From NCBI GenBank assembly GCA_041483195.1, contig JBGPFC010000028.1, positions 1-54,973 of the forward strand: a stretch of DNA of 54,973 bases, given 5' to 3'. The number at the start of each line of letters is the position of its first letter. Position 1 is the first letter of the stretch. This DNA is from Candidatus Eiseniibacteriota bacterium. GTDB taxonomy: Bacteria > Eisenbacteria > RBG-16-71-46. The translations under genes and the position numbers were made by a program. The notes beneath the pieces are model-generated. The model worked only from the letters and a program-made list of their open reading frames with translations, ran no database searches and had not been told where the DNA came from. Of this stretch, positions 35,201 through 43,053 are shown in pieces.

Positions 35201-37996
35201 GCCGGTTCGAGCGACATCGACGGCGATCCGCTCAGCTACGCATGGGCATTCGGCGACGGAGGAACCGGAAGCGGCCTCACCACCAGCCACACCTACGCGG
35301 CGGCCGGGAACTTCACGGCGGTGGTCACGGTGAGCGACGGGCGTGGCGGCGCCGCGACCGCGAACGTCGTCATCGCGGTGACCGCGCCCGCGACCGGATT
35401 CCCGCAGACCGCGGTGCTCGACAACTTCAACCGCGCGAACGGCGCGATCGGCGGGTCGTGGGTGGACGTCACCAGCGGGCTCGTCATCAACGCGAACCGG
35501 CTCACGCAGACCTCCTCCACCAACACGACGGTGTGGAACGGGGCGACGTTCGGCACCAACCAGGAGGAGTTCATCACCTTCGCGACCGAGGGCGGGGCGG
35601 CCGAGCAGAACCTGATGCTCAAGGTGCAGGGCACCTCGTGGAGCGCTGGCCACATCGAGGTCGCGTACGACGCGGCGGGCGGGAAGGTATGGGTGACCAC
35701 CTACGCGCCGTCGCAGGGCTGGGTGGGGCGCGGCTCGCTGAACGCGAGCTTCGCGTCGGGCGACCAGTTCGGCGCGCGCGCGGACTCGGTCGGCAACGTC
35801 TCGATCTACAAGAACGGAACGAAGCTCGGACAGCTGTCGGTCGGCAACTGGCCGTTTGCCGCGAACACCGGGCGCCTCGGCCTCACCATCACCGGCGCGA
35901 ACACCACGTTCTTCGACGACTTCGGCGGCGGCACCGTGACCGGCGCGCCGCCCGTGTTGCCGGACCTCCAGGTCTCGGCCGTGACGGTCGTGCCCGATCC
36001 GCCCGCCGCGACCCAGAGCGCGCAATACGGCTTCAAGCTCTACAATCGCGGCGCCGCGAACGCGGGGACCTCGCACTGGATGCTGCGCGCGGGCGCCACG
36101 CTGCTGGGCCAGGGCGACGCCGCGGTGGCCGCGCAGGACAGCGCGAGCCTCAGCGTGAACGCGGCCATCGCCGCCGCCGGCACGTACGTGCTCCGCCTGG
36201 TCGCGGATTCGCTCGCGGCGGTGACCGAGAGCAACGAGACCAACAACGCGAGCGTGCGCGCGCTCACGGTGGGGCCCGCGCCCGTCAATCATCCGCCGGT
36301 GGCGGTGGCCTCCGGCGCGCCGCAGAGCGGGCAGGCTTCGCTGCTCGTGAATTTCTCGGGCGCCGGCTCGAGCGATTCCGACGGCGATCCGCTCACGTAC
36401 GCCTGGGTCTTCGGCGACGGCGGCTCCGGGAGCGGTCTCACCGTCAGCCACACCTACGCCGCGGCCGGTAACTTCGCGGCGATCCTCACGGTGACCGACG
36501 GCCGCGGCGGGGTGGACACCGCGAGCGTCGCGGTCTCGGTGAGCCCGGCGCCCGGCAACAATCCGCCGGTGGCGGTGGCCTCCGGCGCGCCGCAGAGCGG
36601 ACAGGCTTCGCTGCTCGTGAACTTCTCGGGAGCGGGCTCGAGCGATCCCGACTCCGATCCGCTCGCGTACGCATGGGCGTTCGGCGACGGCGGCACGGGG
36701 AGCGGTCTCACGATCAGCCACACCTACGTCGCGGCGGGCAACTACGCGGCGATCCTCACGGTGACCGACGGCCGCGGAGGCTCGGACACGGCGAGCGTCG
36801 CGGTGTCGGTGAGCGCGCCGCCCGTCAATCATCCGCCGGTCGCGGTGGCCGCCGGCACGCCGCAGAGCGGTCAGACTCCGCTGCCCGTGAATTTCTCGGG
36901 AGCGGGTTCGAGCGATCCCGACAGCGATCCGCTCACCTACGCATGGGCCTTCGGCGACGGCGGCTCGGGGAGCGGGCTCACCATCAGCCACACCTACGCG
37001 TCGATTGGAAACTACGCCGCGATCCTCACCGTGGCCGACGGCCGCGGCGGGGTGGACACGGCGAGCGTCGCCGTATCGGTGAGCGCGCCGCCCAACACCT
37101 TCCCGCAGACCGCGGTGCTCGACGACTTCAACCGCGCGAACGGCGCGGTGGGTGGATCGTGGACGCCGGGCACCGGCCTCACGATCAGCGGCAACCAGCT
37201 CAAGCCCACGGCGCACGACATCTCGTCGGTGTGGAATGGCGGCGTCTTCGGCCCGAATCAGGAGGCCTACATCACCCTCAGCGCCATCACCAACAACGCC
37301 CCCGAGCACAACCTCATGCTCAAGGTGCAGGGCCTGGTGTGGAGCACCGGGCACATCGAGGTGAGCTACGACCACCGGCGCCACGTGATCCAGGTGAACA
37401 CCTACGATCCCGCGGTGGGCTGGGTCGGGCGCGGCGCCGCGATCAGCGTGACGATGGTGGCCGGCGATCGGCTCGGGGCGCGCGCGCTTTCGGACGGAAC
37501 GGTCACCGTCTACCGGAACGGCACGGCGATCGGCCTCGCCTCGGTGGCGGGCTGGGCCTACGGCGCGAGCGGGGGGCGGCTCGGCCTCACGCTCACCGGC
37601 GCGCAGAATTCGACGCTCGACAACTTCGGCGGCGGCGACGTCGCGGGGCCCGCGCCGCTCGCGAGGTCGGAGCAGGCTCCGGCCGCGGAAGACGCATCCC
37701 GGCTCGCGGCGCCGCCCACGCGGATCGCGCTCTCGAGCCCGTATCCCAATCCGAGCGGCGCGCGGGTGTCGTTCGCGCTCGACCTGCCGCGCGCCGGCCG
37801 CGTGGATTTCGCGGTGCTCGACATCCAGGGACGCGAGGTGTGGAGCGCGCCGGGCCGCGAATACGGCGCCGGCCGCTGGACCCTCGACTGGGACGGCCGC
37901 ACCGCGGCCGGCGCGGCGGTCAGCCCCGGGGTCTACCTGGTGCGCGTCGGCGCGCTCGGCGAGACGTTCATGCGCAGGGTCGCGATGCTGCGGTAG
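32273..37996 (+). CDS. Larger paralog: GSDH domain + multiple PKD + 2 CARDB + 3 copies of an unnamed ~180-aa beta domain + FlgD-Ig
   Basis: GGAGG precedes TTG 32273. Same catalytic-domain motifs as the upstream paralog, repeated modules and a YPNP...GVYLVR C-terminal domain. Confidence 0.87.
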   Translation: MSGRIMRCARPGAAALALVLFASPGQAVPSVPASFVVEDVAPGAALNTPVGITFMQDGRMLVAEKRGRVYAIKNGSKYPTPMWAGENEVLNNGDRGLLSVAVDPNYPTNHFIYLLYTVDPDSNGTDDNVYAFGRLTRYQISATDSNVVDYTTRTVLMGTDWRHGPASASDSHTIGSLRWGSDGSLLVSVGDGGHYEYMDQGGNDGPQFGAAQTDPNEDIGAFRAQYIGCLPGKILRINPLNGHGYASNPFVNGNLASYQSRIWAYGLRNPYRFTLRPNTGTADTSSASPGTLYIGDVGWVTWEEMNIARTPGLNFGWPCFEGIGAQSQYQAATPAHNGCGSMGTPSNPSFQSAPLATWNHTTDALSVPPGFHGNTSIGGAFYTSNQYPAQYRGQYFFGDYGQSWVKCAVVDGNDNLIQILNFGTAMDGPVDFALEPGTGNILYVAINVGQVRRIRWTGAVGGNTQPIASISASPLGGSVPLTVNFSGSGSIDADNDPLTYSWAFGDGATGSGITTNHTYTTSGAFTAQLTVTDGRGGLDVKIKTIMVSPPGAGFPSSAVLDNFNRANGAIGGSWVDVTSGLSINSNALIQTSSTNTTVWNGATFGPNQEAYITLAAITPSSPEQNLMLKVQGTSWSAGHIEVAYNAQAGQVFVNTYAPGQGWVGRGSIAPLSFAAGDQFGARADSVGNLFVYKNGVQQGQVALGNWPFIGNGGRLGLTLTGATTTRFDDFGGGNMLIVTNTKPTASISTPVNNAFYVKGQIVLCSGDGTDAQSPSDSLHYDWVVDLHHNTHVHPATFSFSGKTGSFTADNYDDGTGVHLEVKLAVTDPGGLSDTARVNIWPETDLQPSAVIVTPDPPTATQSAQYDFKLYNTGRLPAPISHWVLRAGNNLIAQGDTIVAALDSVTISRSAAAPAAGTYALRLTADSANVVFETNESNNASVRSLTINPLPGNHAPTAAAAGAPTGGLAPLAVNFSAAGSSDIDGDPLSYAWAFGDGGTGSGLTTSHTYAAAGNFTAVVTVSDGRGGAATANVVIAVTAPATGFPQTAVLDNFNRANGAIGGSWVDVTSGLVINANRLTQTSSTNTTVWNGATFGTNQEEFITFATEGGAAEQNLMLKVQGTSWSAGHIEVAYDAAGGKVWVTTYAPSQGWVGRGSLNASFASGDQFGARADSVGNVSIYKNGTKLGQLSVGNWPFAANTGRLGLTITGANTTFFDDFGGGTVTGAPPVLPDLQVSAVTVVPDPPAATQSAQYGFKLYNRGAANAGTSHWMLRAGATLLGQGDAAVAAQDSASLSVNAAIAAAGTYVLRLVADSLAAVTESNETNNASVRALTVGPAPVNHPPVAVASGAPQSGQASLLVNFSGAGSSDSDGDPLTYAWVFGDGGSGSGLTVSHTYAAAGNFAAILTVTDGRGGVDTASVAVSVSPAPGNNPPVAVASGAPQSGQASLLVNFSGAGSSDPDSDPLAYAWAFGDGGTGSGLTISHTYVAAGNYAAILTVTDGRGGSDTASVAVSVSAPPVNHPPVAVAAGTPQSGQTPLPVNFSGAGSSDPDSDPLTYAWAFGDGGSGSGLTISHTYASIGNYAAILTVADGRGGVDTASVAVSVSAPPNTFPQTAVLDDFNRANGAVGGSWTPGTGLTISGNQLKPTAHDISSVWNGGVFGPNQEAYITLSAITNNAPEHNLMLKVQGLVWSTGHIEVSYDHRRHVIQVNTYDPAVGWVGRGAAISVTMVAGDRLGARALSDGTVTVYRNGTAIGLASVAGWAYGASGGRLGLTLTGAQNSTLDNFGGGDVAGPAPLARSEQAPAAEDASRLAAPPTRIALSSPYPNPSGARVSFALDLPRAGRVDFAVLDIQGREVWSAPGREYGAGRWTLDWDGRTAAGAAVSPGVYLVRVGALGETFMRRVAMLR
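36284..37092 (+). repeat. Three near-identical tandem PKD modules (~270-nt period)
   Basis: N[HN]PPVAVA.G.PQSGQ...VNFSGAGSSD.D.DPL.YAW.FGDGG.GSGLT.SHTY starts near 36284, 36557 and 36824. Confidence 0.85.
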
Positions 37997-39783
37997 GCGA
38001 GCTTCGCGAAAGCGGGAATCCTCGCGACGGGCGGGCCACACATGGGCCCGCCCGTCGTCGTGGGCGGATCCGCGGATGCGAGCCGCGCGGGAAGCGGGCC
38101 CAGATCGAGCCACACCACGCGGAAGCCGTCGCCGCTGATGAACTCGCGCACGCGCCGGATGTTCAGCTCGGGGCGCTGCCGCGCTTCGAGCGGACGCGCG
38201 ACGATGTCGCGCCATCCGCCCCATGCGTATTCGGGCTTGCGAAAGACGAGCAGCACGTGGCTCACGTCGAGCCGGCGCCGGCACGCGTCGAGGTCTTCGG
38301 GCTCGAGCGCGAGGTGAATGACCGGGCGCCGCGCGTGCCACGCGAGGGTCGGGCCGAGGTTGCTCATCACCGCCTCACCCGGCGGAATCTCGCGATTCAT
38401 GAGCACCGCGAGCTTGAGCAGCACGACGGTGCTGGGCACGCCGCGCTCCTGCGAGGTCTCCGCGGCCTCGCGATTTCCGATCGTCGTCTGCCACGCGCCC
38501 CATCCGAGCGCGAGCGCCGCGATCGAGGCGCGCAACACGCGCCGGCTCGCGGGACCGGTGACCGCCGCCGGCAGCCGCGAGAGCAGGCCCCAGGTCGCGA
38601 GGATGCCCGCGGCCTCGGCGGGCGCCCGCGCCGGGAACACGAACCGCAACCACGGGATGCTGGCCGCGGCCAGAGCCGCGCTCACCGCGAGGCACGCGAG
38701 CACCGCGAGCGCCGTGACCCGCAGCGCGCGCGGCGCATCGGCCACCAGCAGCCACAGGCCGAGCGCGCCGATCCAGAGCGCGCGCGGGCCGGTCATCATC
38801 GCGATCGCGAGCCCGGGCAGATTGCGCGCGGCCTTGCCCGCGATCGGGCCGATCGCCGCGGCTCCGGTGGGGACCCGCGGGAGCTCGGGGAGATGGAACA
38901 GCGAAAACCAGGTGCGACCGCCGACGCCGTCCCACAGCACGAAACGCGTGAGGTCCCATCCCGGGTTGCCGAACGACCGCCACTTGTAGATCCACCACGG
39001 GACGAGCGGCAGCGCGAGGCCCGCGAACGCGAACGCGAGCACGCGCATCCGCCCGCCGCGCGGCGCGATCGCCGCCGCCGCGAGCGCGAGCATCGGCCCG
39101 AGCCAGACCATGTTCGCGCGAAAGCTGCCGGTGACGCCGAGCAACAGGCCGAACAGGAGCGGGCGCCTCGGCGCGTGCCCGAGCGCCAGCATCGCGAGCG
39201 CGCCCACGAAGCCGTACGTGAAGGGCAGCTCGGTGAAGCCGCCCACCGCGAAGTGCTGGGCCTCGGGATCGAGCAGGAACGCGAGTCCCACCACCGATCC
39301 CGCGGCCATGCGCTCGGCGTCCGAGACCGATGGCGCGTAGTGCCAGAGCAGCTTGCCGGTCGCGAGCGCCAGCGATGCGCCGAGGATCAGGAAGCAGGTG
39401 AACCCGATCGGGACCACCAGCCACTCGATCTGATCGGGACGCGTCCACTGGCCGAGGACGCGGCCGCCGATGCGCAGCTCGCGCGGCGCGATGCGGAAGA
39501 TCGCGGCCTCCAGCACGACCAGCCCCGGCTGCACCACCGCGAGCGGCCAGGGCGGGTTGGGATGCGTCGCCAGCTCGAGCGGGAGGGCGAAGGTGGTGCC
39601 GAAGCGGCCGTGATCGGCCAGCTCGCGCGCCGCGATCGCGTACTGCGACGTGTCGTAGTTGAGCACCGGGGAACGCCGGCCCAGGCTCCACGCGTCGGCA
39701 TGGAGCAGCCACAGGCCGCATCCGGCGACGCACAGGATCACCAGCATCAACAGGCCGGCGAGGGACTTCCGTGTCTCGCGCAC
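37933..39783 (-). CDS. Polytopic membrane protein, probable GT-C (ArnT/PMT-like) glycosyltransferase
   Basis: N-terminal TM followed by a D...Y...AR.L..G.F loop, TELPF, many TMs and a periplasmic C-terminus; the 3' end overlaps the convergent gene. Confidence 0.6.
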   Translation of the reverse strand: MRETRKSLAGLLMLVILCVAGCGLWLLHADAWSLGRRSPVLNYDTSQYAIAARELADHGRFGTTFALPLELATHPNPPWPLAVVQPGLVVLEAAIFRIAPRELRIGGRVLGQWTRPDQIEWLVVPIGFTCFLILGASLALATGKLLWHYAPSVSDAERMAAGSVVGLAFLLDPEAQHFAVGGFTELPFTYGFVGALAMLALGHAPRRPLLFGLLLGVTGSFRANMVWLGPMLALAAAAIAPRGGRMRVLAFAFAGLALPLVPWWIYKWRSFGNPGWDLTRFVLWDGVGGRTWFSLFHLPELPRVPTGAAAIGPIAGKAARNLPGLAIAMMTGPRALWIGALGLWLLVADAPRALRVTALAVLACLAVSAALAAASIPWLRFVFPARAPAEAAGILATWGLLSRLPAAVTGPASRRVLRASIAALALGWGAWQTTIGNREAAETSQERGVPSTVVLLKLAVLMNREIPPGEAVMSNLGPTLAWHARRPVIHLALEPEDLDACRRRLDVSHVLLVFRKPEYAWGGWRDIVARPLEARQRPELNIRRVREFISGDGFRVVWLDLGPLPARLASADPPTTTGGPMCGPPVARIPAFAKLAYRSIATLRMNVSPSAPTRTR

Positions 39784-39940
39784 GGAGCGCAGCCTACCCG
39801 CTCAGGCCGCGGGCCACAACGCGGGCGTCGTCCGATGCGTCGCTCCCGGCGCGACCCGGTCGCGTCGAGTCGGAGCGCCCCTCGCAAGTCTTCCAAGATG
39901 GTATTGCGCCGCACGGCGGCCTGCCCGCATCCTATTCGCC

Positions 39941-40408
39941 ATGGGCGAGGCGCTGAAGCAGAGGCTGCGGCAAGCGAAGTTCGAAAGCCCGGCGCACGAG
40001 GCGATGCTGAACCTCCTCGTGGCGGCGGGCTTCGTGCGCGAGCGTCTCGACCGGCTCTGCGAAGCGCACGGGATCACCGCCGCGCAGTACAACGTGCTGC
40101 GCATCCTGCGCGGCGCGCATCCGGGCGGCTACCCGCGCTGCGACGTCGCCGCGCGCATGATCGAGCGCGCGCCCGACGTGACCCGGATCATCGACCGCCT
40201 GCAGCGCCGCGGCCTGGTCGAGCGCGCGCGCTCGAGCCAGGATCGCCGGCTCTCGCTGACGCGCATCACGCGCAAGGGCATGGACCTGGCCGAGCGCATG
40301 CGTCCCGAGGTGGACGCGCTCCACCGCGAGATCGGCCGGCGGCTCTCGGCGCAGGACGTGCGCGAGCTGTCACGCATCAGCGAACGGCTGTACGCCACGG
40401 ATGAATGA
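39941..40408 (+). CDS. MarR-family transcriptional regulator
   Basis: GIT..QYNVLRILRG, PDVTRIIDRL...GLV.R...DRR....IT..G motifs. Confidence 0.92.
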   Translation: MGEALKQRLRQAKFESPAHEAMLNLLVAAGFVRERLDRLCEAHGITAAQYNVLRILRGAHPGGYPRCDVAARMIERAPDVTRIIDRLQRRGLVERARSSQDRRLSLTRITRKGMDLAERMRPEVDALHREIGRRLSAQDVRELSRISERLYATDE

Positions 40409-41048
40409 CGCGCGCGCTCACGCGCTCGGCTTCGCGCACCGCTTCGTGCCGGCCGCGAACGCGCCGTTCACGCTGCTGCTGCTCCACGGCACCGGCGGCA
40501 ACCAGGACGACCTGATCCCGCTCGGCGAGATGATCGCGCCGGGGGCGGCCCTGCTCGCGCCGCGCGGCAAGGTGCTCGAGCAGGGAATGCCCCGCTTCTT
40601 CCGGCGCCTCGCCGAGGGCGTGTTCGACGTTGACGATTTGAAGGCGCGCACCCAGGAGCTCGCCGATTTCGTGGGGGCGGCGACCCGGGCCTACGGATTG
40701 GATCCGCGCCGCGTGATCGCCGCGGGTTACTCGAACGGCGCCAACATCGCGGCGAGCGTGCTGCTGATGCGTCCGGGGACGTTCGCGGGCGCCGCGCTGC
40801 TGCGCGCGATGGTGCCGTTCGTGCCCGAGGCGCGTGCCTTGCTCGCGGGCACGCGCGTGCTGATCTCGGATGGCCGCCGCGATCCGTTCGTGCCGGAGGG
40901 AGACGCGGATCACCTCGCGCAGCTGCTGCGCGAGCGCGGCGCCGACGTCACGCTGCGCTGGCAGGATGCCGGGCACGAGCTCACGCGCGCGGACGTGGAC
41001 GCCGTGCGGGAGTGGATCGCCGGGTTCGATCCGGCGCGGCCGGCGTAG
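40401..41048 (+). CDS. Alpha/beta hydrolase (MhqD-like carboxylesterase/phospholipase)
   Basis: LLHGTGG, PRFFRR, GYSNGA nucleophile elbow, D and GH catalytic motifs. Confidence 0.88.
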   Translation: MNDARAHALGFAHRFVPAANAPFTLLLLHGTGGNQDDLIPLGEMIAPGAALLAPRGKVLEQGMPRFFRRLAEGVFDVDDLKARTQELADFVGAATRAYGLDPRRVIAAGYSNGANIAASVLLMRPGTFAGAALLRAMVPFVPEARALLAGTRVLISDGRRDPFVPEGDADHLAQLLRERGADVTLRWQDAGHELTRADVDAVREWIAGFDPARPA

Positions 41049-41065
41049 GAGGGGGGCCGCCGCCT

Positions 41066-41923
41066 CTACACGATCTCGATCGCCGGTCCCCGTGCGATCG
41101 CGCCCGCAGCCACCGCGCGCGAGTAGAGCGTCTCGAGCGCGCGCCGTCCCACTTCGCCCAGGTCGAGCGTCAGCTCGTTCACGTACATGTGGACGAAGGC
41201 CCTGCCCTGCGCGGGATCGAGGCCGCGGCCGAATCGCAACGCGTAGCGGATCGCCTCGTCCTCGTGATCGAGCGCGGCCTGGATGCTGGCGCGAAAGCCG
41301 GCACTCACCTCGCGCATCAGCGAGGGCCCGAGGTCGCGCCGCACCACGTCGAGGCCGAGCGGCACCGGAAGCCGGTCGCGATCGCGCCACAGCTCGCCGA
41401 AGTCGAGCACCTTGACCAGCCCCTCCTCGCGATAGGTGAGCTGGCTCTCGTGGATGATGACGCCGGCTTCGACCTCGCCGCGCGCGACGGCGCCGGGAAT
41501 GCGGTCGAACATCACCTCCACCGGCACGCAATCGGGGCACTCGATCCGGAGCAGCAGCGCGGCAGTGGTGAGCGGCCCCGGGATCGCCACGCGCTTCCCG
41601 CGCAGGGAGTCGAGGGTGCGCGCCTCGCGCGCCACGACGACCGGGCCGTAGCCCATGCCCATCGACGCGCCGCATGCGAGGATGGCGTAGCGATCGGCGA
41701 GGTGAGCGTAGGCGTGCGCAGAGACCGCCGTGATCTCGAGGTCGGCGCGCTCGAGCGCGCGGCGATTCAGGCTCTGGATGTCCTCGAGCACGTGCTCCAC
41801 GCGGCAACCGGCGATGGTCGCGAGTCCCTCGTGAAATCCGTAGAACATGTATGCGTCGTCGGCGTCGGGGCTGTGCCCGAAGCGGATCGTGCGCAGGGCG
41901 GCGGCGCCGGGCGTCGCGCTCAC
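41066..41923 (-). CDS. mqnD: 1,4-dihydroxy-6-naphthoate synthase MqnD (MqnA/MqnD family)
   Basis: GHSPDADDAYMFY, DIQSLN, G.GYGP, PG.LTTA, IIHE, PVPLG and MYVN motifs; GTGA overlap with hflX. Confidence 0.85.
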   Translation of the reverse strand: MSATPGAAALRTIRFGHSPDADDAYMFYGFHEGLATIAGCRVEHVLEDIQSLNRRALERADLEITAVSAHAYAHLADRYAILACGASMGMGYGPVVVAREARTLDSLRGKRVAIPGPLTTAALLLRIECPDCVPVEVMFDRIPGAVARGEVEAGVIIHESQLTYREEGLVKVLDFGELWRDRDRLPVPLGLDVVRRDLGPSLMREVSAGFRASIQAALDHEDEAIRYALRFGRGLDPAQGRAFVHMYVNELTLDLGEVGRRALETLYSRAVAAGAIARGPAIEIV

Positions 41924-43053
41924 GAGGCCGCCGGCACCGTGCGCCGCGCGGTGCACTCAGCGGACTCGCGGAACAGATGCGCGCGCAGCTCGGCCAGTCC
42001 CTCGCCGGTCAGCGCCGAGATCACGAACGCGCCCGGCTGGGTCGCGCGCAGGGCCACCGCCGCGTCGGGGTCGGTGAGGCGGTCGCACTTGTTGAAGACC
42101 AGCACGGTGGGCCGCGGCGTCTCGAGGATCTTCTCGAGCACCTCCTCGACCGCGCGGATCTGACGCGCGCGATCGGGATCGGCGGTGTCGATCACGTGCA
42201 GCAGCAGATCGGCCTCGACCGCTTCGGCCAGCGTGCTGTGAAACGACGCGACCAGGTGATGCGGAAGCTTGCGGATGAATCCCACGGTGTCGGTGAGCAG
42301 CACGCTGTGGCGCTCGGGGCTCACCATCTGGCGGGTGGTGGCGTCGAGCGTCGCGAACAGGCGGTTCTCGACGAAGACCTGCGCACGGGTGAGCGTGTTG
42401 AACAGCGTGCTCTTTCCGGCGTTGGTGTAGCCCACCAGCGCCACGCGGAACTCGCGGCGGCGGCGGCGGCGCTGGGTCTCGCGCTCGCGCTCGACGCTCT
42501 GGAGATCGCGCTTCAGTCGCGCGATGCGGTCGCGCACGATGCGGCGGTCGGTCTCGAGCTGGGTCTCGCCCGGTCCGCGCGTTCCGATGCCGCCCGCCTG
42601 GCGCTCGAGGTGCTTCCACATGCCGGTGAGCCGGGGCAGCGTGTACTCGAGCTGCGCCAGCTCCACCTGGAGCCGCGACTCGCGCGTGCGCGCGCGGCGC
42701 GCGAAGATGTCGAGGATCAGCTCGGAGCGATCCACCACCTTGCGGTCGAGCGCCTTCTCGAGATTGCGCACCTGGCCCGGCGAGAGATCGTCGTCGAAGA
42801 TGACGAGGTCGGCGTCCACCGCGTCGGCGCGTTCCTTCAGCTCCTCGAGCTTGCCCTTGCCGATGAAGGTCTTGGGATGGATCGGCCCGCGCTTCTGGCG
42901 CACGCGTTCCATCACGCGCGCGTTGGCGGTGTCGGCGAGCAGGCCGAGCTCGTCGAGCGAGCGCTCGAGATGCGCCCCGTCGCGGCCGGCGTGGCCCACC
43001 AGCACGGCGCGCTCGATGACGGGCGGGCGATCGACGGCGTGCGACTTCTTCAA
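41920..43053 (-). CDS. hflX: GTPase HflX
   Basis: GPGETQLE.DRR, GYTNAGKS, LFATLD, DTVGFI, NKCD and ISA motifs; TTGA overlap with the upstream stop. Confidence 0.95.
   Translation of the reverse strand: MKKSHAVDRPPVIERAVLVGHAGRDGAHLERSLDELGLLADTANARVMERVRQKRGPIHPKTFIGKGKLEELKERADAVDADLVIFDDDLSPGQVRNLEKALDRKVVDRSELILDIFARRARTRESRLQVELAQLEYTLPRLTGMWKHLERQAGGIGTRGPGETQLETDRRIVRDRIARLKRDLQSVERERETQRRRRRREFRVALVGYTNAGKSTLFNTLTRAQVFVENRLFATLDATTRQMVSPERHSVLLTDTVGFIRKLPHHLVASFHSTLAEAVEADLLLHVIDTADPDRARQIRAVEEVLEKILETPRPTVLVFNKCDRLTDPDAAVALRATQPGAFVISALTGEGLAELRAHLFRESAECTARRTVPAAS

Noticed and set aside
31406..38341. Very long antisense or off-frame ORFs (e.g. 31406-38341 -, 4051-6903 -, 1214-3547 -, 36673-40404 +, 51242-53734 -)
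   Set aside because: They shadow well-supported genes, are Arg/Ala/Gly-rich and lack motifs; they are the expected stop-codon scarcity of very high GC3 DNA.
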